64,000 bases of DNA from Candidatus Caenarcanales bacterium (GCA_041737745.1 JBGSRC010000008.1:44459-108458); one strand, 5' to 3'. Numbered from the stretch's first letter, positions 48,199-57,635 are shown. Translations and numbers: made by a program. The notes: a model not told the origin generated them from the letters alone.

Positions 48199-49872
48199 AT
48201 GCTGCAAGAATTGCGCTTGCAAAACTATCTTTTAGTACCTGAAGCTTGCCTGAGCTTTGGGGCTGGTCTAAATGTGATTTTGGGCGAGACAGGCTCTGGA
48301 AAGTCTATTTTGCTCGATTCGATCATTCATCTTTTTAGCTCTAGGCTCACTGGCGATCTGATTCGTTCTGGCCAGTCAAGAGCCAGTCTTGAGGCTAGTT
48401 TTAGCAAGACTAGTCTTCTTCAGTACTGGCTGGAGAGTACTGATCTAGAGCTGAGCGAAGAATCAGATCTGGTTTCTTTTAGTCGCGAAATAGGGGAGAA
48501 AGGAAGTAAGGCCAGACTGGATGGCACTCTGATTCCCTCAAAGATTTTGCCGGCTGCGCGCAAGGCTTTGCTGAGCTTTCATGGACAAGGAGAAGAGGAG
48601 CAGATCTTTCAGGAAGAGAGTCTGCTCGCTTTGCTGGACGAGAGAGCAGAAGATCCGAACCTTCTCACTAAATACAAAACGAGCTATAAGCTTTGGTCAG
48701 AACAGAAAGCTGCTCTTAGAGCCTTGGAGAAACGATCGGGGGATTTGGAGCGGGAAAAAGAGTTCTTGGCCTTTCAGTTGGCCGAGCTGGTCAACGCTAA
48801 ACTCACTAGCCCCGATGAAGAAGAGCTTCTGCAGGCCGAGTTGAATTTAATTGGCTCGAAAATCCAGCTGAAACAAATTCAGGCTGGCTTAGAGCAGACG
48901 GCTACCCCCTTCAAGCGGGCTTGTTACGCTGCAGCAAAAAAACTAGAAATTAATCCAGCCCTAGCCCAGCTCGCTACCCGGCTAAAATCGCTCGATCTAG
49001 AAACGCAAGATCTGCTCGCAACACTCAGTGAGCTACTTGGTGGTCTAGAGGAGACAGATAAAAAAACAGACCAGCTCAATGAACGCATTCATGCTCTTCA
49101 GCTCCTGCGCCGCAAATATAATCAAAGCGATCTATCCGCTCTGATTGCTAGGCGCGATGGGCTAGAACGAGAAAAACTGACACTCGATAATTTCGACTAT
49201 GAGTTGGCCAGTGGCCAAAGACAGCTGGCTTTGCGTGAGCAAGAACTGGCTCATTTGGCTCAGGATCTGTCGGCTCAAAGAGAAAAAGCAGCCCAAATGA
49301 TTTCTCAAGAGCTTTTGGCCAGAATCTCCGGTCTGGGACTAGAGAGAGCAAGAGTGAACTTTAGTGTGCAGCGCAAAGAGAGTTTTTGCCTTAGTGGGCG
49401 GGATAGAGCGAGCTTGCTTTTCAGTTCAAACCCCGGTGAAAAGCTCACTGACGTCTTGGAGACAGCTTCTGGTGGGGAATTGTCGCGCTTGGCGCTTGGT
49501 TTGCACACACTATCTAGCCAACTGGGCGCTCAGGTGCTGCTTTTTGACGAGATAGACAGAGGTACCAGTGGCCGTATTGCCGAGAGGATCGGTTGTTTAT
49601 TGGCTGAGCTAGCTACTAGAAATCAGATCATCTGTGTCACTCACCAGCCTCTGATCGCTTGCTTTGCCGAAAGGATTTTCAAGGTTTCTAAAAGCTTTGT
49701 CGGTGAAAGTACTGCTGTTGAGTTTCGGATGCACCAAAAAGAAGAAGAGATTGTTAGTGACTTGGGAGAGCTGATCTCAGGAGAGGGAGAAGAGGATAAG
49801 ATAGCTGCTTATGAATATGCCAAAGGACTTCGTGAAAAAGCATTACAGCTCAGCTCCCGCTCCGCTTTTTAG
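48199..49872 (+). CDS. recN: DNA repair protein RecN
   Basis: N-terminal Walker A 'ILGETGSGKSILLD', long coiled-coil middle, C-terminal 'SGGELSRLALGL' signature and 'LLFDEIDRG' Walker B; 557 aa. Confidence 0.9.
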   Translation: MLQELRLQNYLLVPEACLSFGAGLNVILGETGSGKSILLDSIIHLFSSRLTGDLIRSGQSRASLEASFSKTSLLQYWLESTDLELSEESDLVSFSREIGEKGSKARLDGTLIPSKILPAARKALLSFHGQGEEEQIFQEESLLALLDERAEDPNLLTKYKTSYKLWSEQKAALRALEKRSGDLEREKEFLAFQLAELVNAKLTSPDEEELLQAELNLIGSKIQLKQIQAGLEQTATPFKRACYAAAKKLEINPALAQLATRLKSLDLETQDLLATLSELLGGLEETDKKTDQLNERIHALQLLRRKYNQSDLSALIARRDGLEREKLTLDNFDYELASGQRQLALREQELAHLAQDLSAQREKAAQMISQELLARISGLGLERARVNFSVQRKESFCLSGRDRASLLFSSNPGEKLTDVLETASGGELSRLALGLHTLSSQLGAQVLLFDEIDRGTSGRIAERIGCLLAELATRNQIICVTHQPLIACFAERIFKVSKSFVGESTAVEFRMHQKEEEIVSDLGELISGEGEEDKIAAYEYAKGLREKALQLSSRSAF

Positions 49873-50380
49873 TCTGTTTTTGTTTTCGCTTATCGCTCTA
49901 GGAGCTTATCCTGTCTTTGCCTTAGAGGTCCAAAAGCTCGCTGGTGTAGCGCTCAAAAAAGAGAATGAGAGCACTTGTAATGAGAACGCAGACCAACTGA
50001 GAGGGCTTGTTGCTAGTCCTAGTCAGTATTTGAATAAAGAAGTTTGTATTGCTGGAGATTTTGATTCTTTCTCTTCGACTTTGGCTTTGGACTATAGTCC
50101 AGCTCAGCGTGAGGGGAAAGATTTTTTGTCTTTGGTGATTGCACGCCCCAAGACCAAGATTCCTCTTTCAGAGTTGAAGCTGGCTGTTCGCATCAAAGAC
50201 GCTCAGAAGCATTTGGCTTTAGCTAAAATCCAAGAAGGCGATAGAATTTTCTTAAAAGGAATTGTCTTCAGTGCGGCTCTAGGTGAGGCTTGGGTTGATG
50301 TGTCTGAGCTGAAGGTGATTCCTTTGCCCGGTCGAAAGAAAGAAGAGGAGTCTTTGATCGATTCGATGGACGAAGAGTGA
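49811..50380 (+). CDS. Hypothetical secreted protein
   Basis: N-terminal signal-like 'LFSLFLFSLIALGAYPVFA'. The ORF overlaps the recN 3' end by 62 nt, so the start may be further downstream (non-ATG). Confidence 0.4.
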   Translation: MNMPKDFVKKHYSSAPAPLFSLFLFSLIALGAYPVFALEVQKLAGVALKKENESTCNENADQLRGLVASPSQYLNKEVCIAGDFDSFSSTLALDYSPAQREGKDFLSLVIARPKTKIPLSELKLAVRIKDAQKHLALAKIQEGDRIFLKGIVFSAALGEAWVDVSELKVIPLPGRKKEEESLIDSMDEE

Positions 50381-50435
50381 GGTTTTTCAGTGCCGCCTGA
50401 AATGTGTATAAGATAGAAAGTAAGAGCAAAAAAAC

Positions 50436-50630
50436 ATGAAAATCCAAGTGATAGTTCACGAAGCGGAAGAAGGGGGCTATTGGGCAGAAGTGCCCTCATT
50501 GCCTGGCTGCGTCACTGAAGGCGACACAATGGAAGAGCTTCAAGAGATGCTCAAAGAAGCGATAACTCTTTATCTCAGACCTCTTCCCGAATCTCATCCA
50601 ACGGGCAAAATCCTAGAACTAACGCTTTGA
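50436..50630 (+). CDS. hicB: HicB-family antitoxin (second copy, minimal)
   Basis: 'VIVHEAEEGGYWAEVPSLPGCVTEGDTMEE'; about 65% identical to the 45929 copy; 64 aa. ATGA overlap with the downstream hicA. Confidence 0.75.
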   Translation: MKIQVIVHEAEEGGYWAEVPSLPGCVTEGDTMEELQEMLKEAITLYLRPLPESHPTGKILELTL

Positions 50631-50830
50631 AACAAATCTCCGGCAAGAAGCTAGCAAAAATCTTGGAGCACTTAGGCTGGAAACTTGTTGACGTTGAAGG
50701 CAGCCATTTCAAATACAGAAAAGGCGAGCGCACGGCTATTATCCCCATCCACGCTAATCGCGATCTTCGCATTGGCACATTAAAATCAATAATGAAAGCA
50801 GCAGGCTTGACTGAAGCAGACTTGCTTTGA
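50627..50830 (+). CDS. hicA: HicA-family mRNA interferase toxin (second copy)
   Basis: 'KKLAKILEHLGWKLVDVEGSHFKYRKG'; paralog of 46123..46326; 67 aa. Confidence 0.8.
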   Translation: MKQISGKKLAKILEHLGWKLVDVEGSHFKYRKGERTAIIPIHANRDLRIGTLKSIMKAAGLTEADLL

Positions 50831-50855
50831 TGAATAAAAAAGAGCTCTAAAAAAC

Positions 50856-50927
50856 TGGGCCATGCGGGACTCGAACCTGCAACCAACTGATTAAGAGTCA
50901 GCTGCTCTACCATTGAGCTAATGACCC
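50856..50927 (-). tRNA. tRNA-Lys (anticodon CTT); CCA not encoded
   Basis: Minus-strand cloverleaf: acceptor 'gggtcat'/'atggccc', D-arm 'agctcaatggtagagc', anticodon stem-loop 'gctga-ctCTTaa-tcagt', T-arm 'ggttcgagtcc'. Confidence 0.8.
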
Positions 50928-51108
50928 ACTCAAGGCTAGTGAGTATAGCCCAAAATTTAGAAACTGTGTCCGACAAAAAATGAAAGCTTGAGCTGCTTGC
51001 CTGCAGCATTAAAGATTCTTTACTAGTTTAGACCGGTCAGGCATCACCTTAATATTCTCTTCACATGATAAATTTATTAATAGAGAAATTTATTAATTTT
51101 AGATTAAG

Positions 51109-52455
51109 TTGTCTATCGCTAACACAACACCAGTTCAAGGCAAGGGAGGAGTCTTTCGGCAATTAGCCAAAATGACCCAACTCTTTACCCTGCCTAGTAG
51201 TGAAAGCAAGGCCACACTCTTCACTAAAATCCCCATAGCCGTTTCGGTTACCTGTTTTTTGCCTATACTACTTGGGCTCATTGCCAGAAAACAAGTAGAC
51301 AAGCGCATGCTCGAAGTCTATGAAAACCCTGATAGTGAGCAAGCCAAACTTTCTCCTCTCACTACTTTTCTGTCGAAGATGTATACGGTCGCTTTTGCTG
51401 TGACTGCTCTTGGTGGCGCCGTCAATGGTCTTGCCTATGCCTCTTTTTGCCGAATGTTCTCTTACATGGCCATGTTCGTTGGGGCTTTGTTCAATATGCG
51501 CAACGAGTTTCGGGTGATCAACAACACAAACCAAGCAATTGAGCTCAGCAATGATATCCACAAAGCACAAAAGAAAGACTTTGGGAGCAAAGACACCCGT
51601 CACATCGAAGAAATTAAAAAAGAGCTCCAAGAAACTATCCAAAAAGCCAATCAAGGAGTGGGTTGGCTAGCCTTCTTCTCGCGTTTCTTGTACCCGATTT
51701 TCCTCGCTCTCACTTTCTTTTCCAATGTCAATCAACTGCTCGGTAAAGGCCACAAAAATATACGTTGCTTAGTGCCTGAAGGTGCCACCAATGGTCAGAT
51801 GTGGCAAAACATCAAAAAGAACTTTTGGCCAAATGCCCGTAAAGAATTTCAGACTGGCGGTATGTTCAGCCGAAAACTGCTTTCTGGGAAACACTGGGGG
51901 GAAGTCTTTGGGGCTATTGGTACTGGTTTTAAGACTGGTAAGTGGCAGGGTCTTTCGGCCAGTGGTTTCGATGCTAGTTTTATCTTAATGAACATGTGGT
52001 CTAGAGTCTTGATGGCTGTGGGTACTATGGTTGGGATGGTGGGTCTAGGTGGTCCTAAGGCTTTCTTGGTGGGGACACCTCTCTTTGAAAAATCCGATCC
52101 TGAGGTGCGGGCAATCAGTGAACAGGCCAAAGGCAAGAAGAAGTTTTTCAAGGGGCTTTTTGATACATCACTTTTGATCCAAAACCTCAGTCTCTTTTCG
52201 ATGGGGACCTCATCGGTGATGATGGGCTTCAATGCTGAGTATGCAAAGAACTTCGGGACTATTCCGTCTACTCTGCAGAAAATCGGGGGTGGCTTGTTGG
52301 GTGCTTCACCTGTTTTCGATCAGATGAATCTCTTTGTGGTTGGGGCAATTTCTAAGCTACTTAGCAACACTGTTTTGCAGCTTGCTAATGCTTTTGGTTT
52401 AGCGAAGAAGTTTGTGGATAAAGCTGGACCTATTGCTAGGGCTGTGAAGGTTTAG
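51109..52455 (+). CDS. Hypothetical membrane protein with bilobed hydrophobic segments
   Basis: 448 aa. Long paired hydrophobic stretches ('IPIAVSVTCFLPILLGLIA', 'YTVAFAVTALGGAVNGLAYASFCRMFSYMAMFVGALF') and Gly-rich C-terminal region. TTG start in the track (ATG at 51172 is an alternative). Confidence 0.45.
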   Translation: MSIANTTPVQGKGGVFRQLAKMTQLFTLPSSESKATLFTKIPIAVSVTCFLPILLGLIARKQVDKRMLEVYENPDSEQAKLSPLTTFLSKMYTVAFAVTALGGAVNGLAYASFCRMFSYMAMFVGALFNMRNEFRVINNTNQAIELSNDIHKAQKKDFGSKDTRHIEEIKKELQETIQKANQGVGWLAFFSRFLYPIFLALTFFSNVNQLLGKGHKNIRCLVPEGATNGQMWQNIKKNFWPNARKEFQTGGMFSRKLLSGKHWGEVFGAIGTGFKTGKWQGLSASGFDASFILMNMWSRVLMAVGTMVGMVGLGGPKAFLVGTPLFEKSDPEVRAISEQAKGKKKFFKGLFDTSLLIQNLSLFSMGTSSVMMGFNAEYAKNFGTIPSTLQKIGGGLLGASPVFDQMNLFVVGAISKLLSNTVLQLANAFGLAKKFVDKAGPIARAVKV

Positions 52456-52488
52456 AGTGGCTTGTTGCTTTGTATTTTCTATATATAT

Positions 52489-52620
52489 AAGGGGAGTTTG
52501 AGGGGCAAAGCCCCTTTTGCGAAAGTTTTTTACCACAATCGATCTTAGGGTTTTGAGCTCACTTAAGGTTACTTGAAATATTTACCATGAGGGGACCTAC
52601 GGCCCCCTCAAACTCCCCCT
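52489..52620. mobile_element. Complete ~130-bp MITE-like element with terminal inverted repeats GGGGAGTTTGAGGGG / CCCCTCAAACTCCCC
   Basis: Left end 'AAGGGGAGTTTGAGGGGCAAAGCCCC' and right end 'GAGGGGACCTACGGCCCCCTCAAACTCCCCCT'. The internal segment 'CACTTAAGGTT..ATGAGGGG' is shared with the copies at ~56960 and ~57570. Confidence 0.6.
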
Positions 52621-52831
52621 GACAATTTGAAACGTAAGCCTAAAGTGATCTCAAAGTTTGGTTTTATTGCTGGAGGTTATGGGTTTTTCAGTGTTTCTTT
52701 AAGGTTAGAGAAATTCATCTAAACGGGGCTCCGCCCACAAGCACCTTTTCTTAGAGAGGGGAAAACAAGGCAAGATTTCAGTATTTTAAAGCAAGAGCTT
52801 GATTAACATTAGTGAGCTCAAAATCATCTCC

Positions 52832-53092
52832 CTAAGGCCTAAGCAAAGACTTCAAAATAGAAACCATAAAAACTAAAATCATCGGCGACAAATCAAATCT
52901 CCCCCCAAGCGGTGGAATGATCCGTCTAATTGGCTGCAATAGATAATTGAAAAAACGGTCAAGATTTTGGTAAAAAGCGTTTTGCTGGAGATTTGGTAGC
53001 CAACTAAAAGCCACCCAAACCAAAAGAGCCAAACTGAATACGTCCAATAAACTACTGAGTGCTGCCCCAAAATTAAATGATGTCTGTTCCAT
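52832..53092 (-). CDS. YggT-family small membrane protein
   Basis: 'LLQPIRRIIPPLGGRFDLSPMILVFMVSIL' matches the YggT/Ycf19 consensus; 86 aa. Confidence 0.6.
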   Translation of the reverse strand: MEQTSFNFGAALSSLLDVFSLALLVWVAFSWLPNLQQNAFYQNLDRFFNYLLQPIRRIIPPLGGRFDLSPMILVFMVSILKSLLRP

Positions 53093-53159
53093 ATATGCTG
53101 AGATCCTAGCAAAAAAATGCTATTATCGTTACCATAATGAGTCTTTAAGTATTTGTGTA

Positions 53160-53855
53160 ATGATTAAGCCAGTCACACATAAAAATCTTGCAAATAATAA
53201 TTTTTGGCCAAATCTACGCCTAAACCTCCTCAATCCTCGAAAAATAGGATTGGCTCTCTCGATGAGCGCCCTCTGGTCTTTGATCGTCGAGCGGAAGAAG
53301 CAAGGCCAAGAGAGCCTGCCTGATCATGACCACACCTTCAACAATCTTCTTACTGGTGTTTTGGCCACAGCGAGCACGATTTTTTTAGATGCTCTATTGC
53401 CTCACCTTGGAAAAAATCTGCAATTTAGAGCTTCTCCGGAATGGCGGGCGGCTGGAGGAAACATAGGGAAATTCGTTAGCTCTGTTTTTACTCCAAACAT
53501 TGTCGCTTTGATCTTGGGCACTGCTTCTCTGGTTGGCATAGTTGATGGTTTGGCTAGCAAGGCTGCTGAGGGCGTTGATCCTAAGCGGGCTGGGGTGATT
53601 GATTTGTTGGGGACAATCAGTAAAATACCGGTTATTATCGGCTTTGCGCGGCTTTTGAGTGGTCAGAGAGGGTCCATGCTTTCGCTCTTGACCAATTTTT
53701 CTTGTCCTTGTTGTGCCTTGCCTTTTTGTGGGGTGGAGCTAGCCAATATCACCAAGTCTTTGGGGGATCTGATGGTGAAGTCTTTCAAGCATCAAGATCT
53801 CGGTGAGATGTACTTCAAGGAAGGCTCAAAAAACCCAGGAAACAGTGGTGGGTAA
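53160..53855 (+). CDS. Hypothetical membrane protein
   Basis: 231 aa with hydrophobic helices ('LTGVLATASTIFLDALL', 'IVALILGTASLVGIVDGLA'); no motif. Confidence 0.4.
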   Translation: MIKPVTHKNLANNNFWPNLRLNLLNPRKIGLALSMSALWSLIVERKKQGQESLPDHDHTFNNLLTGVLATASTIFLDALLPHLGKNLQFRASPEWRAAGGNIGKFVSSVFTPNIVALILGTASLVGIVDGLASKAAEGVDPKRAGVIDLLGTISKIPVIIGFARLLSGQRGSMLSLLTNFSCPCCALPFCGVELANITKSLGDLMVKSFKHQDLGEMYFKEGSKNPGNSGG

Positions 53856-53925
53856 AGCCATTGTGGAAGCGCTGAAAACTCAAAACTCTTTAAGATCTTC
53901 TCGTTTTTTCTTACTTTATTAAAAT

Positions 53926-53955
53926 TTAAGGGGAGTTTGAGGGGCTAGAGTAAAT
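53926..53955. repeat. Solo MITE end 'AAGGGGAGTTTGAGGGGCTAGAG'
   Basis: Same terminal motif as the 52489 element. Confidence 0.5.
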
Positions 53956-53964
53956 CACCCTAAC

Positions 53965-54516
53965 CTACAACGAGCGCTCAGTCACCACCAAGTCCACATG
54001 TTTATCCCACAAATCTAAAGGCAAATCTGCTCTGAGAAGAGCCTCGGGTATAACTCCAACAGTCTTTACTGCGCTAAGGCCAGCAAGCTCATCAATGAGT
54101 CTATCGTAAAAACCTAAGCCCTGACCTAGTCTGGCTCCTGAGGGTGTGAATAATAGTCCCGGTACCAAACAACAATTCAGCTCAGCTAGATTGAGATTCA
54201 GGGGCAAATATTGAGCTTTTAGTTCAGACCAAGTAAGCTCCCGAAAGCTTGGAGCAAAATGATTTTGAATGAGATGAACTTGTGCTCCCGCTGCGAGCAG
54301 CTTTTGATGGAGATCGCTTAGATCAAGCTCGCGGGGTCTGGCCTGATAGCTCAAGACTACTAGCTCTGAGTGGAAGTTTACTTTGCAGATCTCAAGAAGC
54401 TCAACAAAAAGTTTGCGGGAAATCAAAACCGATAGCTCTCCCCAAAACAAAAGAGAGGATAGACTTCTCGCCTCCTCTCTCAGTGTTTGTTTTTTTCTTG
54501 GAATATTAGCAATCAA
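53965..54516 (-). CDS. 5-formyltetrahydrofolate cyclo-ligase
   Basis: C-terminal 'GARLGQGLGFYDRL' (GxGxGYYDR motif), N-terminal Arg-rich folate-binding region; 183 aa. Confidence 0.8.
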   Translation of the reverse strand: MIANIPRKKQTLREEARSLSSLLFWGELSVLISRKLFVELLEICKVNFHSELVVLSYQARPRELDLSDLHQKLLAAGAQVHLIQNHFAPSFRELTWSELKAQYLPLNLNLAELNCCLVPGLLFTPSGARLGQGLGFYDRLIDELAGLSAVKTVGVIPEALLRADLPLDLWDKHVDLVVTERSL

Positions 54517-54525
54517 GACTAGAAA

Positions 54526-55485
54526 TTAGTTTCCGCAACCACCGCCAGCAGCCATCGGTGAATTAGCTGAAGCTGATTCGACTAATTGTTGATCGCATTC
54601 TTTGGGGGCTTTGGTGAAGCCTTTGCAGATTGCTTTGAGGAAGCCATTGGCCGATCTTTCGCCATTGTACTTTTCGCCATTGATGATGATGGTCGGTGAG
54701 CCTTCTGCGCCATATTTTTCCATAGCTGCTTTTTGCTCATCGAACATTGTTGCCATTTCAGGACCATTGAAGCATTTGTTTACGCCCTCAATGTCTACTC
54801 CAGTCATGTTGGCTGCTCGTTCAAAACATCCTTGTGAGAGGTCTCTTGAGTTGTAGCAGAGCTCGTTGAAGTTTTTTAGGTAAGACCAGTATTTATTCTT
54901 CTGATTTTTGAAGATACAGAGCTGGCGGCCATCTTCTTTGGCTTCGTCGGTGCCATGCATAGAGCAATATTTGCCGTTGGGGTCTGTGCAATATTTGTCG
55001 GCATTTGGTCCAACAGGGTAGCTGTTGATGATGTAAAAAGGCACAAAATCGATCTTGTCACCCAAGGCTTCGATTGCTGGGGCAATAGTATTTTCGGCGA
55101 TCACACCGTAAGGACAAGCTGACATCACGAAGAGCTGCACTAGCGGCTTAGCTTGCTTGGGGATCAGCGGTTTACTCATATCGCGCATACCTTGCTGAGC
55201 GAAATAGCGACCGTCATGGGAGATTGTCACTTTGCTCATTTGTTTCTGAGCGTATTGAGGGGTGGATATTTCGATATTGACCTCAAAGACGCCGTTTTTA
55301 TCTACTACGTCTTTGGCTGGGTCGACTAGCTTGGCTGTGTAGCCTGCTGGTAAGTAATTTTCGGATAAAAATTTGGTGGCTTTTTCGCCTGCAACTTTCT
55401 TGCTTACCTTGACGCAGCTAGCGAGGCTGGGCAGGATTAGGGCTAGAAGTAAAAACGATGAACATACACGTAGTATTGATTTCAT
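54526..55485 (-). CDS. Putative lipoprotein with thioredoxin-like/DsbA-like Cys-rich domain
   Basis: Signal peptide plus lipobox 'LPSLASC', multiple Cys pairs, Gly-rich C-terminus; 319 aa. Fold assignment is tentative. Confidence 0.4.
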   Translation of the reverse strand: MKSILRVCSSFLLLALILPSLASCVKVSKKVAGEKATKFLSENYLPAGYTAKLVDPAKDVVDKNGVFEVNIEISTPQYAQKQMSKVTISHDGRYFAQQGMRDMSKPLIPKQAKPLVQLFVMSACPYGVIAENTIAPAIEALGDKIDFVPFYIINSYPVGPNADKYCTDPNGKYCSMHGTDEAKEDGRQLCIFKNQKNKYWSYLKNFNELCYNSRDLSQGCFERAANMTGVDIEGVNKCFNGPEMATMFDEQKAAMEKYGAEGSPTIIINGEKYNGERSANGFLKAICKGFTKAPKECDQQLVESASANSPMAAGGGCGN

Positions 55486-55538
55486 TCTTTAGCTGATTTG
55501 ACATTTCAACTTTTAGCACTTATTTGGCTTCTTGTGCA

Positions 55539-56888
55539 TTAGCTCTTCACCGCTCTCGAACCGAACAAACTCCAAGCCGTCACCCTATCGATATTTACTT
55601 TCACCAGATCACCGGCCTGATCCCCTTCTAGCACTGGAAATAAACATAATTTCCCTCCACGGGTCCGACCCTGCCAGAGATCGGCGTTTCTAGAATTAAC
55701 CCCCTCGATCAAAATCTCTTCAGAACTTCCCTCATAGAGCAAAAGAGCACGTTTTTCGACTGTCTCATCTACAAGAGCGTTCAAATAGCGCAAACGCTCC
55801 CGCTTGGCCTCCTCAGGGACACGCAAAGCATCATCTTTCTCCCACTCGCCGCCTTTTGTTCCACGCCGTGGTGAGTACATTGCTGTGATACATGAATCGA
55901 ACCCAATGCGCTCAACAGCCGCGCAGGTATTCAAAAACTGACGCTCGGTTTCCCCGGGGAAGCCGACGATGAAATCACTGGTGACAGTTGCCCTAGGCAT
56001 AGCGCTACGCATAGCCCCGACCATCTCTTCATATTTTGAGACTGTATAGATTCTGGCCATCCGTCTGAGCGTTTCGTCGTCACCGGCTTGCATCGGTATA
56101 TGAAAGTGCTCGCAGACCTTGGGGAGCGCTGCCACTGTCTCGATCAGCTCTTGGTCAACGTGATGAGGATGACCGGTCAGAAAACGAATTCGCTCTATCC
56201 CTTCGATCTGATGGACGTCTCTGAGCAGGCTAGCCAGCGTTGAGTTTATATCTTGGCCATAGGCTGTCACGTTTTGGCCGAGCAGAGTCACTTCCTTGAA
56301 GCCTTCTTGAGCGAGAGTGCGCACCTCACCACAAATAAACTGGCTGCTCCGGCTCTTTTCGCGCCCACGGACTTGCGGGACTATGCAGTAAGTACAGTTG
56401 AAATCGCAACCGAGGATCACATTCACCCAAGCCGTGACGCTGGTTTGTCTAATGATTGGGGTTTCGGGGATTTCTTCTGGGAGATTTTCATAGAGTTCGC
56501 AGACTGATTTTTTGTCATTTAGTACTTGAAGGACGAGATCCGGTAGACGGTGCAGGTTGTGAGTGCCGAAGACTAGGTCTATATGGGGCATTCTTTTTTG
56601 GATTGCTTGGCCTTTTTCTTGGGCGAGGCAGCCGGCTAGGCCGATCAGCATTTCTGGTTTTTGTTTTTTCAGGTCGGCCCAGCGTCCGAGGTTGCTATAG
56701 GCTCTATCGGCTGCGCCTTCGCGGATGGTGCAGGTATTGAGGATCAAGAGATCGGCGTCTTGAAGTTTTTCTGTGTTTTGGTAGCCTATTTCGGCGAGAA
56801 GCCCGAGCATGCGCTCTGAGTCGGCTTTGTTCATTTGGCAGCCATAGGTTTCTATGAAGCAGCTGCGTTTATTTGCGGTTTGGGTCAT
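55539..56888 (-). CDS. miaB: tRNA-i6A37 methylthiotransferase MiaB (radical-SAM MTTase)
   Basis: N-terminal MTTase Fe-S 'IETYGCQMNKADSE', radical-SAM 'CDFNCTYC', C-terminal TRAM domain; 449 aa. Confidence 0.85.
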   Translation of the reverse strand: MTQTANKRSCFIETYGCQMNKADSERMLGLLAEIGYQNTEKLQDADLLILNTCTIREGAADRAYSNLGRWADLKKQKPEMLIGLAGCLAQEKGQAIQKRMPHIDLVFGTHNLHRLPDLVLQVLNDKKSVCELYENLPEEIPETPIIRQTSVTAWVNVILGCDFNCTYCIVPQVRGREKSRSSQFICGEVRTLAQEGFKEVTLLGQNVTAYGQDINSTLASLLRDVHQIEGIERIRFLTGHPHHVDQELIETVAALPKVCEHFHIPMQAGDDETLRRMARIYTVSKYEEMVGAMRSAMPRATVTSDFIVGFPGETERQFLNTCAAVERIGFDSCITAMYSPRRGTKGGEWEKDDALRVPEEAKRERLRYLNALVDETVEKRALLLYEGSSEEILIEGVNSRNADLWQGRTRGGKLCLFPVLEGDQAGDLVKVNIDRVTAWSLFGSRAVKS

Positions 56889-56930
56889 GATATTTATTCA
56901 TACTATTTTAAGCTATTGGCATAGTTAGAC

Positions 56931-57023
56931 TGGTTCTCTTGTCTTTCAGTTAGCGAAGCGATTTATGAACACTTAAGGTTTTTGGAAGTAATAGCTATGA
57001 GGGGCAAACTAAGCTTGCATCAG
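56931..57023. repeat. MITE-family copy (direct repeat A) upstream of miaB
   Basis: 'TGGTTCTCTTGTCTTTCAGTTAGCGAAGCGATTTATGAACACTTAAGGTTTTTGGAAGTAATAGCTATGAGGGG' is about 90% identical to 57537..57612. Confidence 0.65.
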
Positions 57024-57247
57024 TTATTTCGAAGCATTGCTCTGAAGTCTTTGTAAGATTTTATGTTCTGCTCTTCTCTAAGGGGGGAGTTTGTGGGATC
57101 GCCGAAGGCCGAGTGCACAAAGTGCCGAGCTTTAGCCTTCATAGCCCGACTTGACACTGGAATAGACAGGGTTACTAGCAAGGTCTTTAAAGCTTTGCTT
57201 CAATTTATTGCCAAGCTGGCTTTTCCCGCCTTTAGATATAAGTCTAT

Positions 57248-57499
57248 CTAGGGGGCTTTGCGGGTTGCTCTCAGGCGCCGATCCTCTTCGTCCTGCTTGA
57301 TTACGTTGCGATTCAGATTGTCTACCAGCAACTGGGCTGTCCGATCCGCTTGCTCGCGGTTGGTTTCCTTGCGGACGTTCCCCGAGGAATCCTTGATATA
57401 CCCTTTCGGAAGAGGTTCCGTCTCTGCGAAGCTGTTCGAGTTGTTCTTTAAGTTCTGAATAAAGGCTTTCTCTATCACGATTATACCCCGTTTTCTCAA
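57248..57499 (-). CDS. Hypothetical basic 83-aa ORF bracketed by ~80-bp direct repeats (may not be a real gene)
   Basis: Lys/Arg-rich ORF lying between repeat copies 56931..57023 and 57537..57635. Confidence 0.25.
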   Translation of the reverse strand: MRKRGIIVIEKAFIQNLKNNSNSFAETEPLPKGYIKDSSGNVRKETNREQADRTAQLLVDNLNRNVIKQDEEDRRLRATRKAP

Positions 57500-57536
57500 T
57501 GTTTTCGAGTGTCGTTACAAAGGCTTCCCCTTACTT

Positions 57537-57635
57537 GGTTCTCTTATCCTCCAGTTAGCGAAGCGATTAACAACACACTTAAGGTTTTTGGAAGTAATAG
57601 CTATGAGGGACCTGCGGCTACTCAAACTCCCCGCT
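57537..57635. repeat. MITE-family copy (direct repeat B) ending in '...ATGAGGGACCTGCGGCTACTCAAACTCCCC'
   Basis: Matches 56931..57023 and the right half of the 52489 element. Confidence 0.65.

Noticed and set aside
50856-50927. Genomic island integrated at tRNA-Lys
   Set aside because: Apart from the adjacent hicBA pair, genes on both sides (recN, scpA, membrane proteins) look like core genes. No integrase or direct repeat of the tRNA 3' end was seen within the window, so only the TA pair is flagged.
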